From contig JBAYUK010000002.1 in the NCBI GenBank assembly GCA_041675145.1, positions 280,530 through 344,529 on the forward strand: 64,000 nucleotides of DNA, in the 5' to 3' direction. The position numbers and the translations under genes were made by a program. Origin of the DNA: Patescibacteria group bacterium. Lineage in GTDB: Bacteria > Patescibacteriota > JACPGU01. The notes under the pieces are model-generated. The model was not told the origin of the DNA. It searched no databases and saw only the letters and a list, made by a program, of their open reading frames with translations. Below, one piece after another: positions 1 through 10,475 of the stretch. Within the stretch, counting starts at the first letter, position 1. The number at the start of each line of letters is the position of its first letter.

Positions 1-3000
1 CTGTTAATGGTAACTGGATCACGGGTGCTAATAATACTTTCGACAATGGTGGTTTCACTATTACTATCAAAGGTAATGTGACAAATAGTGGAACCCATTC
101 TAATCTCACGGGCACGATCCTGCTTACCGGTGGATCGACAACTCATACAGTTGCAGGTACTGGTAGTTACGGTAACATTGAACTTAACGACAGTAACGGT
201 GTGACGCAGTCAGCAGCTTTGACTGCGAGTGGTAGTTTAACAATCACGGCTGGAACTTGGACAGTGGGAGCTAATGTCATGAATGTTACCGGCACTACAT
301 CGGTTTCTGGCACACTTCTTTTTAGTAGTGCTACTGGTACGAAGACACTAGGGGATTTAACTGTTAATGCAGGGGGTGTAGTAAGTTTTGCCACAGCTCC
401 CGCGGTGGTCATGAACGGAAGCTTGACTGTGAATGGTACGGGAGCTATCACGGGCACAAACGGTACCTGGACCTTTCAAAAAGTGGGCGGTGGCGGGACG
501 ATTGGCGGAACGGCGAGTGGATTAAGTTTCGCTAGTACCGTCACTGTTTCTACGAGTTATACCTTGAGTATTCCTGCTTCTTTTCTGACACTTACGGTTA
601 ATACACCAGCTACTTTTACTAACAGCTCTACTGCCACTGTCTCGACTGCATTATCTGGAACTGGTGGATTTACCCAGGGTAATACTGGAGTGCTAAATAT
701 TGGCGGCACTAACACAATAACTACATTAACTGCTTCTGCTACTGGAAATACTATAAACTTTACCAGTACGACTGCCGGTCAAACGATTCAGGGAGTGTCG
801 TACTATAATATAGGTATCACCAAGAGTGCGCAGACTGCGACACTAGGTGGCGCTATTACGGTAAACGGCAACCTTATAGTGACGAGTGGAAATGTGACTG
901 ACGCTGGGTTCCAGATTACTGGTAACGCTAGTGGTACCTTTAGTCTTGGTGCTGGGTCAACACTCACGCTCGGAACAGTAGCGACTGCTACTAGTTTTCC
1001 GACAGCATTTATTACTGCCAACACATCACTTAATGCGACCAGTACCGTTATTTACAATTCAAGCTTAGCTCAGACTATCTCAGGTGTACCTGCATCGTAT
1101 GGTAATCTCACGCTCACTTCAACGCTTGCCGTTGTGAAGACAGCCGATGGGGCGATCGTGGTTAATGGCAACCTCGCTAATAACGCTAATAATAACTTTG
1201 CCAATGGTGGCTTCGATATCACCGTCAAGGGCAATACCACTATGGTAACCTCAAGTAGTATCACCGGTACTGGTATTACGAGGTTCACTGGAGGCTCAGG
1301 ACTACATACTCTCAACGGGATTAGCAACATCAGTAATGTTGAACTTAATGATAGCAATGGTGCGACCGAAGCTGCGGGAGCCGATTTGAACGTTTCCGGA
1401 ACTTTTACTATCACGGCGGGTACCTGGACTGTAGGGGCGAACAACCTAGCGATTACAGGGGCATCTAGTATTTCAGGATCGCTCGCAATCAACAGTGCCA
1501 CTGGTACAAAAACTTTTGACGGCATTACCATTAACACTGGCGGTACTATGGCCTTTACCGCTGCTGAAGCAGTTACTACTAATGGAAGTCTTGCGATTAA
1601 TGGCACTGGAGCTATCACCGGTACGACCGGACTCTGGACCTTCCAAAAAGTTGGTGGTGGTACGATTAGTGGTACAGCAGCCAGCATCAGTCTTGGCTCG
1701 AGTACCTTTAGTACGGACTATACCATCTCAATTCCTTTTACATCACCAACTGTAACAGTAGGTGCTGCTGTGGTGGTAACGAATAACACCACCATGACTG
1801 TCGATACTGCGCTGGCAGGCGCGACTGGTACTTTGGTGCAGGGAGTAGGTACTACACTTAACCTTGGAGGAACTTCTACTATTGGTACGCTAACTGCTAC
1901 TGCTAATCCAAATACGGTCAAGTATACGAGTACTACCGGTGCTCAAACTCTTCACGCCAATGATTACTATCATCTAATTATCGATAAAGCTGGACAAACG
2001 GGAACATCCCCAACAGCAACTTTCGTTGTGAATGGAAACTTGACCGTTCAAGCAGGTATTTTAAATAATGCTGGCGCAGACATGACTGTTGAGGGGACTA
2101 CTAGTATATTTGGATCGTATACTGACTCATCGGCGACTGGAATAAACCACTTTCACGGACCAGTGATAATTCAAACAGGGGCAACCTGGGACTTGAGTGG
2201 AGGTAATGACGCAACTCATTTTCACCAAGGCTTGACCAATAACGGCGCGAGTTTTACATCTGGAACAGGTATATATACTTTTCACGGTGTCAATAATCAG
2301 ACGTTTAGTGGGACAGCTATCTCGGTTTCTAGTTTAACCGTTGATAGTATCACACTAACTAATAACTCTGGCATTACTGTCTTGACCGCTCTTGCTGGAA
2401 CGGGTACATATATCCAAGGAACAGGAGGTTCGTCACTTACATTAGGTGGAACAAACACCGTTACGAACTTTGATGCAAGTGCTGTTAATAATACTGTTAC
2501 CTATAACGGTGCAGCGCAGACAATCGTAGCTGGCACTTACCATCATTTAAACTTAAGTACGAGTGGAATCAAGACATTTGGTGGTGCCCTGACCGTTAAT
2601 GGAGACTTTAGTCTGAATGATACAGCCTCTGTTGCGCTGGGAACTTCGCTCACTCACACCTTTAAAGGTAACTTCACTATAAATACTACAGCTGCTACTC
2701 CGTTTGCTTTTACGACTAGTAGTACCTTGAACTTTGATACTCCAGGAACTCCAGTGGCTACCACTATAGGTGGAACTACACCATCAACCCTAGGCTTTAA
2801 TATTGTGAACTTCAATAACACGAGCGGGGTATCACTAAATGTTCCGATAGATGCCTCTGGTGTAATGATAGTAAGTGCAGGTGTTACACTAACACCAGGA
2901 GCGACAGTTGTGATCAATAGTGCAGGAGCGGCAGGTACTATCACAGGAGCAGGTAATCTTAAGGTAACGCGTACCGCTGCCACAGCTGACTATAGTAGTC

Positions 3001-5345
3001 AGTATAAATTCACTACTAATTCAATCTCAGGTATGGTAGTTGAGTATGCCGGTACGAGTGCTCAGGTACTATCAGCTCTCACCTATGGTGGTCTCAAGAT
3101 TAACAACACTAGTGGCGTAACCACAGCCGGTAATCTTACAGTAAATAGTGTCCTTGAGCTTACTGCCGGTATTGTTACGACCGGAGCAAACACGGTTACG
3201 GTTGGTACAACTGGTTCAGTCTCAAGGACGAGCGGATATATTATTGGAAATCTTGCTAAAAATACTGGTACCGGAACTGTTACTAAGACTTTTGAAGTTG
3301 GTACTGCTACAGCTTATGCACCAGCCACAATTCAGTTTGGTAATGTGACCACTAGCGGTATTTTAACTGCTACCACAACTGATGGTGATCACGCCAGTAT
3401 TACCGGAGCAGGTGTGTTATCAACTAAGAGTGCAAATCGTGTGTGGACAATTACCAACTCTGGTACAGTTTTTGACAACTATAGTGCGACACTTACTTTT
3501 GTCCCAGCTGATCTTGATGCAGGAGTTAATACATCAAGTCTCATTGTTGCTAAAAAAGATGGTTCGGTTTGGACTCGTCCGACAATAGGTACTCGTACAG
3601 CAACCACTACTCAAGCAACTGGAATGACGAGTTTTAGTGATTTCATTGTTGCTGAAGTAGATGCGAATGCCCCTGTCACTACTATTACTGCACCAACAAA
3701 AACAAGTACTGGTGCTGCAATTACAAACACCACAATTCACGTGACAGATAACACTGCAGTACTGGCTGCCAACGTGACGGTTTCTGGTACCTCAACTGCT
3801 GCAAATAATAGTTTTGCTTGTATTCAAACAAATGTCTCAACTGTAGATTGTACAATCAACATCACTTCAACAGGGGATTTAGTAATTTCTGCTACAGATA
3901 ATGCAGCTACCACAAGCTTGCAAGGGGAGACGGGGTATATTATCGACTCAACTCCAGCACCGGTGGTGACAAATGTTACCTCTACTCTCGGTAATACTTC
4001 ATATGGTATAGGTACGCAGGTTCCTGTACTTATAGCTTTTAACAAGGTAGTAGTTGTGACTGGCAGTCCTTTAATTGCTCTTGAAACAGGAGTAGTTGAC
4101 CAGAGTGCTCTCTATTCTTCTGGCTCTGGGACAAGTCAGTTAACATTTATATATACAGTTCAGACCAACGACTCTACTACTGATCTTGACTATATTGCAA
4201 CCTCTTCACTGTCTCTTAATGGCGGTACTATAAAAGATCAGGTAGGAAATAACGCTGTTCTCACTCTCGCAACCCCAGGTGCTGCTGGTTCACTTGCTAA
4301 TAATAAAGATATTGTTATTGTGGCTCCAGGTACAGGTTCTGGTGGTTCAAGTGGCGGAGGGTCATCAGGTGGCAGTACAACTCCAGTTCCAACTCCAACT
4401 CCAACTCCAACGCCTACCCCTGTACCAGTACCAGTTCCTGTTCCAGTGCCAACCCCTACTCCGACTCCAACACCTACACCAGTTCCTACTCCTACTCCAG
4501 CTCCAACGGTACCTGTGACTGATTTAAAAACAGCGTATAACTATGAATTCGTTTCTCAGACACCGTACCTTACACTTAACGTCGGAGAAGTAAAAAGAGT
4601 AGAAGTAACCCTCAAAAATACCGGTACAGAAAGTTGGAAGAAGGATGGTTCAAGCCCTGTTCATTTAGGTACCTCACATAAACAAGATAGAGATAGTCTT
4701 TTTACTAATGCCACCTGGTTATCTAAAAATCGTATTGGAATGCTGGAATCAGAAGTGCGACCAGGGGAGACTGCTACCTTTAGCTTCGATGTTACAGGTG
4801 CTACAAAAGAGGGGATATATAAAGAATACTTCCAGCCAGTAGTTGAGGGTCTTTTATGGATGAGGGATATTGGTGTGTATTGGGAGTTCAAGGTAGGTAC
4901 GAGTACAGAGATTATTGCTTCTGATGTTTCTCAAGAAGCACCGGCGCCAGCCCAGTTTAACCCTAACCAGTATCAATATGCGTTTATCGGAACAGATGCT
5001 AATCCTGTCGTTATCGCCCCTGGGCAAACAAAGACTATTAATCTTCAGATTCGCAACATAGGTTCTGCGACATGGTACAATACTGGCGCTAACCCTATCA
5101 GGCTTGGTGCGAATCAACCCTTTGACCGTTCTAGTATATTCTTTACTCCTGGATCATGGGTTTCTTCTAACCGTCCAGCAAACATGAAAGAGGCTGTTGT
5201 GAAGCCGGGAGAAGTGGCGACCTTTAGTTTTGAAATCACCGCTCCTACTGTAGGCGGGACACATCAAGAGTCATTTAACCCTGTTGTAGAGGGGTTAACG
5301 TGGATGCCATATATTGGAATTTTTTGGACTATTTATGTGAGATAG
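1..5345 (+). CDS. Giant secreted/surface repeat protein, 5'-truncated by the window edge (over 1755 aa in window). It has tandem ~380-aa Thr/Gly/Asn-rich beta-helix-like repeats, a Pro-Thr linker and two C-terminal ~110-aa four-Trp (FW-like) domains.
   Basis: The reading frame stays open from nt 3, so the upstream residues continue the repeat pattern. An internal duplication is visible: aa ~34-150 (NIELNDSNG...[11 protein letters not shown]) versus aa ~413-527 (NVELNDSNG...[10 protein letters not shown]). A (TP/VP)n linker lies at nt 4378-4510. Two C-terminal domains each carry four conserved Trp. Confidence 0.6.
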   Translation, partial: VNGNWITGANNTFDNGGFTITIKGNVTNSGTHSNLTGTILLTGGSTTHTVAGTGSYGNIELNDSNGVTQSAALTASGSLTITAGTWTVGANVMNVTGTTSVSGTLLFSSATGTKTLGDLTVNAGGVVSFATAPAVVMNGSLTVNGTGAITGTNGTWTFQKVGGGGTIGGTASGLSFASTVTVSTSYTLSIPASFLTLTVNTPATFTNSSTATVSTALSGTGGFTQGNTGVLNIGGTNTITTLTASATGNTINFTSTTAGQTIQGVSYYNIGITKSAQTATLGGAITVNGNLIVTSGNVTDAGFQITGNASGTFSLGAGSTLTLGTVATATSFPTAFITANTSLNATSTVIYNSSLAQTISGVPASYGNLTLTSTLAVVKTADGAIVVNGNLANNANNNFANGGFDITVKGNTTMVTSSSITGTGITRFTGGSGLHTLNGISNISNVELNDSNGATEAAGADLNVSGTFTITAGTWTVGANNLAITGASSISGSLAINSATGTKTFDGITINTGGTMAFTAAEAVTTNGSLAINGTGAITGTTGLWTFQKVGGGTISGTAASISLGSSTFSTDYTISIPFTSPTVTVGAAVVVTNNTTMTVDTALAGATGTLVQGVGTTLNLGGTSTIGTLTATANPNTVKYTSTTGAQTLHANDYYHLIIDKAGQTGTSPTATFVVNGNLTVQAGILNNAGADMTVEGTTSIFGSYTDSSATGINHFHGPVIIQTGATWDLSGGNDATHFHQGLTNNGASFTSGTGIYTFHGVNNQTFSGTAISVSSLTVDSITLTNNSGITVLTALAGTGTYIQGTGGSSLTLGGTNTVTNFDASAVNNTVTYNGAAQTIVAGTYHHLNLSTSGIKTFGGALTVNGDFSLNDTASVALGTSLTHTFKGNFTINTTAATPFAFTTSSTLNFDTPGTPVATTIGGTTPSTLGFNIVNFNNTSGVSLNVPIDASGVMIVSAGVTLTPGATVVINSAGAAGTITGAGNLKVTRTAATADYSSQYKFTTNSISGMVVEYAGTSAQVLSALTYGGLKINNTSGVTTAGNLTVNSVLELTAGIVTTGANTVTVGTTGSVSRTSGYIIGNLAKNTGTGTVTKTFEVGTATAYAPATIQFGNVTTSGILTATTTDGDHASITGAGVLSTKSANRVWTITNSGTVFDNYSATLTFVPADLDAGVNTSSLIVAKKDGSVWTRPTIGTRTATTTQATGMTSFSDFIVAEVDANAPVTTITAPTKTSTGAAITNTTIHVTDNTAVLAANVTVSGTSTAANNSFACIQTNVSTVDCTINITSTGDLVISATDNAATTSLQGETGYIIDSTPAPVVTNVTSTLGNTSYGIGTQVPVLIAFNKVVVVTGSPLIALETGVVDQSALYSSGSGTSQLTFIYTVQTNDSTTDLDYIATSSLSLNGGTIKDQVGNNAVLTLATPGAAGSLANNKDIVIVAPGTGSGGSSGGGSSGGSTTPVPTPTPTPTPTPVPVPVPVPVPTPTPTPTPTPVPTPTPAPTVPVTDLKTAYNYEFVSQTPYLTLNVGEVKRVEVTLKNTGTESWKKDGSSPVHLGTSHKQDRDSLFTNATWLSKNRIGMLESEVRPGETATFSFDVTGATKEGIYKEYFQPVVEGLLWMRDIGVYWEFKVGTSTEIIASDVSQEAPAPAQFNPNQYQYAFIGTDANPVVIAPGQTKTINLQIRNIGSATWYNTGANPIRLGANQPFDRSSIFFTPGSWVSSNRPANMKEAVVKPGEVATFSFEITAPTVGGTHQESFNPVVEGLTWMPYIGIFWTIYVR
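4378..4510 (+). repeat. Low-complexity (ACTCCA/GTTCCA)n nucleotide repeat encoding a Pro-Thr/Pro-Val linker inside the giant surface protein gene.
   Basis: A direct hexanucleotide periodicity is visible and translates to [43 protein letters not shown]. Confidence 0.8.
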
Positions 5346-5390
5346 GTGTGGGGGATAGAGTTTTTCCACAATTCAACTAGTTCAAATAAA

Positions 5391-5418
5391 AAAGTAGCTC
5401 AAAGGAGCTACTTTTTTA
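5391..5418 (+). terminator. Intrinsic terminator after the giant surface protein gene.
   Basis: Hairpin GTAGCTC-AAAG-GAGCTAC followed by TTTTTT, 46 nt after the stop codon. Confidence 0.6.
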
Positions 5419-5470
5419 TTTATATAATCTTATTGCAAGTCAATCCTAAAAAGCCTAGAATAAAGGAACT

Positions 5471-5511
5471 AGTGGAGAAAAGTGGATATAAGTGGGAACT
5501 AGTGGTATATT
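5471..5511 (+). promoter_or_regulatory. Putative MraZ operator and mraZ promoter. It has four direct AGTGG repeats at exact 10-bp spacing, overlapping an extended -10 (TGGTATATT).
   Basis: AGTGG occurs at 5471, 5481, 5491 and 5501. TGGTATATT lies at 5503-5511 and the mraZ ATG at 5518. MraZ family repressors are known to bind phased GTGG-type direct repeats in their own promoter. Confidence 0.5.
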
Positions 5512-5517
5512 GTACAT

Positions 5518-5949
5518 ATGTTTATAGGAGAATACGCGTACACAATCGACGAGAAGGGACGGGCAACATTGCCTCCTAAATATCGCAATCTTCTTGCTGA
5601 AGGGGTTGTTGTAACTCGCGGACTCGATAACTGTTTGTTCTTATATACCAAAAAGGACTGGGAAGAGATAGCGGGTAAGCTCGGTGCAATGCCTACAACA
5701 GATAAGGCAGCTCGAGATTACGCACGTCTAATGCTCGCAGGAGCTATGGACGCACAGCCAGATAAGTTAGGGCGAATCGTTTTACCACAATATTTGCGGG
5801 ATTTTGCAGGCTTGAAAAAAGATATCGTTGTCGCAGGCTTGTACAATCGTATGGAGATCTGGGAGGCAGGGGAATGGAAGAAGTATGAAGCCCAGATAGA
5901 GAAGAATTCTGCAGATATTGCGGAGAAACTTACCTCACTCGGGGTATAG
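5518..5949 (+). CDS. mraZ: Division/cell-wall cluster transcriptional regulator MraZ.
   Basis: 143 aa. N-terminus MFIGEYAYTIDEKGRATLPPKYR and the duplicated MraZ domain pattern are present. It is followed by rsmH. Confidence 0.85.
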   Translation: MFIGEYAYTIDEKGRATLPPKYRNLLAEGVVVTRGLDNCLFLYTKKDWEEIAGKLGAMPTTDKAARDYARLMLAGAMDAQPDKLGRIVLPQYLRDFAGLKKDIVVAGLYNRMEIWEAGEWKKYEAQIEKNSADIAEKLTSLGV

Positions 5950-6113
5950 CCGCAGGCGAGTAAGCTGGAGGGCTAAAAGGTTGGTCTTTAAAAGTCCGGA
6001 GTGCAAGGATTGCCCGCAAGGGTACACACAAACAGTATCTTTTTGGATACACAAAAAAATCTCACACAAACACTCTTGGACTCCGGGCTTTTGCAATTTA
6101 ATGTTTTATTCCT

Positions 6114-7001
6114 ATGCCAGAATCGCATCATATTCCAGTACTGCTTGATGAAGTCATCACAGGGCTTCAAATTAAGCCAGATGGGGTATATGTCGATGGG
6201 ACATTCGGATACGGCGGGCACAGTTTTGCCATTGCAAGTCGCCTCAAAAAAGGCAAAGTAATAGGTTTTGAAGTAGATAAAAATGTTTATGAACACACAA
6301 AGCATTCATCTAAACTTGGTAAAAATGTATTTCTATACAATCGTCACTTTGTCGATGCTTTTGAGTCTTTTCTACCATATAGCATCGATCAAGTGGATGG
6401 CATTTTATTCGACTTGGGGACGAATGTTGTACAAATAAAAGAAAGTGGCAGGGGATTCTCTTTTGTAGGGGACGAGCCACTGGACATGAGGCTTGATCTT
6501 AGTCAAAGAACAACTGCCGCAGATATTGTCAATTCGTATACCAGATCGCAGCTTGAAGAAATACTACAGAAAGTAGACGAGTCATTTTACAAACAGATTG
6601 CGAAATCAATTGTTGAGACTCGTGCAAAGAAAAAAATCCTAACGAGTCAGCAGTTAGTAGAAGTAGTAGAGAGAGTGAAGTTTCGTCGTGGTAAGATCCA
6701 CCCTGCTACACTCACCTTTATGGCACTGCGTATTGAAACGAATGATGAGTTAGGGGTAATAGAAAAAGTACTACCACTTGCATTTGAAAGGCTAAAGCCA
6801 GGCGGTAGACTCGCAGTCATCTCATTTCACTCAGGAGAGGATACGATCGTAAAACATTTTTTTAAAGAAAAGAAACAAGAGCGTGAAGCGATACTGATCA
6901 ACAAAAAGGTGATCATCGCAACCAGAGAAGAAGAGAGAAGGAACCCACCCTCTCGCAGTGCAAAGCTTAGAATATTAGAAAAGACAGACACATCAATATA
7001 A
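6114..7001 (+). CDS. rsmH: 16S rRNA (cytosine1402-N4)-methyltransferase RsmH (MraW).
   Basis: IPVLLDEVI...DGTFGYGGHS SAM-binding motif, and the conserved position after mraZ. Confidence 0.85.
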   Translation: MPESHHIPVLLDEVITGLQIKPDGVYVDGTFGYGGHSFAIASRLKKGKVIGFEVDKNVYEHTKHSSKLGKNVFLYNRHFVDAFESFLPYSIDQVDGILFDLGTNVVQIKESGRGFSFVGDEPLDMRLDLSQRTTAADIVNSYTRSQLEEILQKVDESFYKQIAKSIVETRAKKKILTSQQLVEVVERVKFRRGKIHPATLTFMALRIETNDELGVIEKVLPLAFERLKPGGRLAVISFHSGEDTIVKHFFKEKKQEREAILINKKVIIATREEERRNPPSRSAKLRILEKTDTSI

Positions 7002-7017
7002 AGGAGATTAGCGCCGT

Positions 7018-7386
7018 ATGAAATTCACACTTCAAAACACAAATCGCCGTAAATCGGCAGTTCGCACTCAGCAGCAGTCTTTATATAAGAGAAAAGGTTT
7101 GCAGTTTGGTCCTGTATCGCTTGGGTTCATTACGGTGTTTTTGTTTTCTCTTGTGAGCTTGTTCTACCTTGCACAGTCAAACCAGATAACTACTAAGGGA
7201 TATGTCTTACAAGACTTAGACCGTGAGAAGTCAAAGGTGGTTTCAGAGAACGAAAGACTTCAAGTTGAAGCGGCTCGTCTTGAGTCACTAACCAAGGTGA
7301 GTGAGAAAGCAGGGGAGCTCTCTATGACCCCTACTAAGACACTTCAGTACTTTGAAGATCACAACTCAGCTCTCGTTAAGAAATAG
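7018..7386 (+). CDS. ftsL: Cell division protein FtsL-like (single TM plus coiled coil).
   Basis: 122 aa. One TM helix (ITVFLFSLVSLFYLA) is followed by a leucine-zipper-like coiled coil. Position is between rsmH and ftsI. Confidence 0.55.
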   Translation: MKFTLQNTNRRKSAVRTQQQSLYKRKGLQFGPVSLGFITVFLFSLVSLFYLAQSNQITTKGYVLQDLDREKSKVVSENERLQVEAARLESLTKVSEKAGELSMTPTKTLQYFEDHNSALVKK

Positions 7387-7412
7387 GTGGAAAAACTCGC
7401 AAATATGTGCTT

Positions 7413-7451
7413 AAAACACAGGTTCTCGTGCCCTGTGTTTTTTAGTATAAT
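7413..7451 (+). promoter_or_regulatory. Internal intrinsic terminator hairpin plus extended -10 promoter between ftsL and ftsI.
   Basis: ACACAGG-TTCTCGTGC-CCTGTGT followed by TTTTT (7416-7443). Then TAGTATAAT lies at 7443-7451, 7 nt before the ftsI ATG. Confidence 0.5.
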
Positions 7452-7457
7452 ACCTCT

Positions 7458-9236
7458 ATGTATATAGCTCCCAGGATAGAAGAGCATGGCGCACTGAAAT
7501 TCAGGATCACAATGGTCCTCGTCTTTTTTATTGTCCTTTTCTTGGTTGTGGTGGTACGACTTTTTGAAAAACAGGTAGTACAACATGAGTATTACAGTAC
7601 TATGGCGTATAACCAGCGCTATCGTGAGGAGAGACTGAAGCCAGTTCGAGGTGAGATCTTCGTTTCTGATGTGTATAGCGACACGAAGTATCCGTTGGTT
7701 GCCAACAAGACTCTTTGGGCTGTGATGATTATTCCAAACCAGATTATAGATAACGAGGAGCTCGCACGAGGACTCGGACCAATTATTGGGATGGAGCCAG
7801 TGGAAATCTTGCAAAAACTTGAAAACGATCCTGTATATATTCCGCCGTTAAAGCATAAGCTCTCTGATGACCAGAGAAAGGCAATTGAAGCGCTCCACAT
7901 GCACGGTATCGTGTTAATACCTGAAGCGCACCGTTACTATCCAGAGGGTACAATGGGGGCAAAATTCCTGGGATTTGTAGATAACGACGGAGAGGGAAGA
8001 TATGGTATAGAAGGGTACCTGAATGAAGAGCTGAAAGGAGAGCAAGGTAAGCTTATTGCAGAAAGAGATGTATTAGGGCGCCAGATAACCGTTGTAGATA
8101 ACAAACTCGTATTACCTAAGAACGGACAGGATATAGTCTTAACAGTTGATCGTGTGATCCAGTTTATATCTGAGAACGCCATTAAAAAGGCAGTGGAACT
8201 GCATAAAGCTGACAGTGGCTCGGTGGTGGTTATGGACCCGAAAACGGGTGGGATTCTCGCTCTTGCTGAGTTTCCAAGCTTTAATCCTGAAGAATACGAC
8301 AAAGTAGAAGAAAAAGACTACAGTATCTTTAAGTGTATGGCAGTTACCGATGCCTACGAGTCAGGATCTATTTTTAAGCCAATAGCGATGGGAATGGGGC
8401 TAGATACGGGAGAAGTTACCCCTGATACTGGTGAATATTTTGATGCGAATGTAAAGGTAGATGACTACACGATCTGGAACTCTCAGAGAAAGCCATATGG
8501 GTACGAGACTATGACCCAGGTTTTGGAGAACTCAGATAACGTGGGAATGGTGTGGATGATAAAAAAGGTTGGTAAGAACCGTCTCTACGACTATTTAGAC
8601 AAGTTTAAGTTCGGTCAACCTACAGGAATAGAGATAGAAGGTGAGTCTATAGGGTCTGTTCAGGACAAGGACTATGTGCCAGAGGTGGGTATAGCGACCA
8701 CATCATTTGGTCAGGGTATCTCTGTAACTGAGATGCAAATGTTGCAGGCTATGGGGGCTATTGCGAATAACGGCCTTATGGTTCAGCCTCACTTGGTGAA
8801 GCAATACATTAATCGCGACGGGTCAGTCAAAGATGTAGAACCGAATATTGTCGGAAGAGCTTTCTCGGATAAGACTTCAAAAGAACTACAAGAGATGTTG
8901 GTGAGCGTAGTAGAAAGAGGTCACGGAAAGATGGCAAAAGTTAAAGGGTACAAGATAGGTGGCAAGACAGGAACTGCCCAGATTCCATTACAAGATCGAC
9001 GTGGTTACGAGACAGATAAATTTACCGGTTCGTTCCTTGGTCTTGGACCAACTGATGATCCGTTATTTGTGATGATCACGCGTATTAACGTGCCACGCGA
9101 TGTAATCTGGGCTGAGACTGTTGCTGCTCCTACTTTTGGCGAGATTGCCAAAGGAATACTCGATTACTATCAGGTTCCTCCAGATAAGGAGTGGGCAAAA
9201 GAGCAGACTGATCGTGAAAAAGGTAAGATAAAATAA
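7458..9236 (+). CDS. ftsI: Penicillin-binding protein transpeptidase FtsI (PBP2/PBP3 class B).
   Basis: N-terminal TM and dimerisation domain. Transpeptidase motifs SxxK (GSIFKP), SxN (SDN) and KTG (GKTGT) are present. Confidence 0.85.
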   Translation: MYIAPRIEEHGALKFRITMVLVFFIVLFLVVVVRLFEKQVVQHEYYSTMAYNQRYREERLKPVRGEIFVSDVYSDTKYPLVANKTLWAVMIIPNQIIDNEELARGLGPIIGMEPVEILQKLENDPVYIPPLKHKLSDDQRKAIEALHMHGIVLIPEAHRYYPEGTMGAKFLGFVDNDGEGRYGIEGYLNEELKGEQGKLIAERDVLGRQITVVDNKLVLPKNGQDIVLTVDRVIQFISENAIKKAVELHKADSGSVVVMDPKTGGILALAEFPSFNPEEYDKVEEKDYSIFKCMAVTDAYESGSIFKPIAMGMGLDTGEVTPDTGEYFDANVKVDDYTIWNSQRKPYGYETMTQVLENSDNVGMVWMIKKVGKNRLYDYLDKFKFGQPTGIEIEGESIGSVQDKDYVPEVGIATTSFGQGISVTEMQMLQAMGAIANNGLMVQPHLVKQYINRDGSVKDVEPNIVGRAFSDKTSKELQEMLVSVVERGHGKMAKVKGYKIGGKTGTAQIPLQDRRGYETDKFTGSFLGLGPTDDPLFVMITRINVPRDVIWAETVAAPTFGEIAKGILDYYQVPPDKEWAKEQTDREKGKIK

Positions 9237-9240
9237 TTGC

Positions 9241-10464
9241 ATGAAAAAGCACATAAAGAAAGGTATCAAACAAGCTATTTGGTTTTTTGCACTTACGAGG
9301 ATAAAAAGAAATAACCCTCTGATTATTGGCGTTGGAGGAAGTGTGGGTAAGACTACCACGAAGGATGCTATCTATGAAGTAGTGAGAGTTTATGATTCAT
9401 CTGCAATAAAGAGTGAAAAGAGCTACAACACAGACATAGGTGTTCCGTTGGCGATACTTCAGTTAAAAACATCGGTTTCGATCTTGGTCTGGGCTTATCG
9501 GATTACTGTCCTATTCTTTCAGCGCATACTAGGACTAGAATCTCGTTTTTCTAGTATTGTCCTTGAAATGGGTATTGATAAACTTGGAGACTTAGATTTT
9601 CTCACTTCTCGCGTTAAACCCAAGATAGCAGTGCTGACTAAGATTGGTCCAGAGCATCTCGAGTTTCTGGGGTCTATGAAAAATGTTATTTCAGAAGAGA
9701 CGAAACTTATCTCATGTCTTGATAAACACGATACTGCAATTCTCAATGCAGACGATACACTTATCGTTCAGATGGCCAAGAAGACCAAGGCACACGTTGT
9801 CTGGTATGGCCAAGCAAAGAACTCTGATGTTAGGGCGGACAGTATTGAAGTAAGACGTGATGGTATCCATTTTATTATCAGGTATGCGGGGCAAGTAGTA
9901 CCGGTGAGCGTACCTTCTTTTGGTCGTCATCATATCTATCCAGTATTGGCGGCTTTCTCAGTGGGTGCGTCACTTGGGATGAAGATAAATGATATCGTAA
10001 AGGGCCTTAAAGCATTCCATTTGCCAGAAGGAAGAGGGGTGGTGTTACAGGGATCTCATGATACAATTATTATAGATGACACTTATAACGCTAGTCCTGC
10101 TAGTGTGGTTGCGTCTATTTCGGCACTACAGGATGTAAAGATACTCTCTCCGTATGGTAGAAGCATAGTTGTTATCGGTGATATGCTAGAGCTTGGACGT
10201 TATTCGACCCAGATGCACCAGGAAGTAGGTGAGGAGATAGTAAAGAGAGCAGATGTAGTTATCGCGGTTGGAAATGAGTCAAAGCACATTTATGAGATAA
10301 CTAAGAAGAAGCTAAAGAGTAACGCCTTTTGGTTTGAAGATTCTACTCAGGCAGCGCAAGTTATTGGATCGATTATACAGAAGAACGATATTATCTTAGT
10401 TAAAGGATCTCGGGGGATGAAGATGGAAAGAGTAGTTGAGTCGCTTTCGGTTAGTAGTAATTAA
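9241..10464 (+). CDS. murF: UDP-MurNAc-tripeptide--D-Ala-D-Ala ligase (MurF), short form.
   Basis: Mur ligase P-loop GVGGSVGKTTTKD and the MurF-type C-terminal motif DDTYNASP. Position is between ftsI and mraY. Confidence 0.65.
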   Translation: MKKHIKKGIKQAIWFFALTRIKRNNPLIIGVGGSVGKTTTKDAIYEVVRVYDSSAIKSEKSYNTDIGVPLAILQLKTSVSILVWAYRITVLFFQRILGLESRFSSIVLEMGIDKLGDLDFLTSRVKPKIAVLTKIGPEHLEFLGSMKNVISEETKLISCLDKHDTAILNADDTLIVQMAKKTKAHVVWYGQAKNSDVRADSIEVRRDGIHFIIRYAGQVVPVSVPSFGRHHIYPVLAAFSVGASLGMKINDIVKGLKAFHLPEGRGVVLQGSHDTIIIDDTYNASPASVVASISALQDVKILSPYGRSIVVIGDMLELGRYSTQMHQEVGEEIVKRADVVIAVGNESKHIYEITKKKLKSNAFWFEDSTQAAQVIGSIIQKNDIILVKGSRGMKMERVVESLSVSSN

Positions 10465-10475
10465 CGAGGTATATC

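Noticed and set aside
4378-4510. Periodic short repeat considered as a possible CRISPR-like or SSR array.
   Set aside because: The period is 6 nt with no spacers, and it lies in-frame inside a CDS encoding a PT linker. It is a coding low-complexity repeat, not CRISPR. No CRISPR arrays were seen anywhere in the window.
167-5117. Numerous 60-205-aa ORFs on the minus strand and in alternate plus-strand frames inside the giant surface-protein gene (for example 167-457, 1070-1687, 2654-2983, 4279-4518).
   Set aside because: These are mirror-frame artefacts of a long, low-complexity, repeat-rich coding region. Their products are low-complexity (poly-Val/Pro/Leu), and none has a start context or a conserved motif.
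5346-5579. 77-aa ORF upstream of mraZ.
   Set aside because: It spans the terminator hairpin, the AGTGG operator repeats and the mraZ promoter, then runs into mraZ out of frame. It is regulatory DNA, not coding.
5918-6305. Three overlapping small ORFs (5918-6148 +, 6001-6261 +, 5988-6305 -) in the mraZ-rsmH gap.
   Set aside because: They are mutually exclusive, lack RBS or promoter context, and overlap the rsmH start. The region is better explained as structured non-coding sequence.
7359-7900. Minus-strand ORFs 7359-7814 and 7619-7900 antisense to the ftsI start.
   Set aside because: They are entirely within or antisense to a well-supported ftsI gene, with no motifs.
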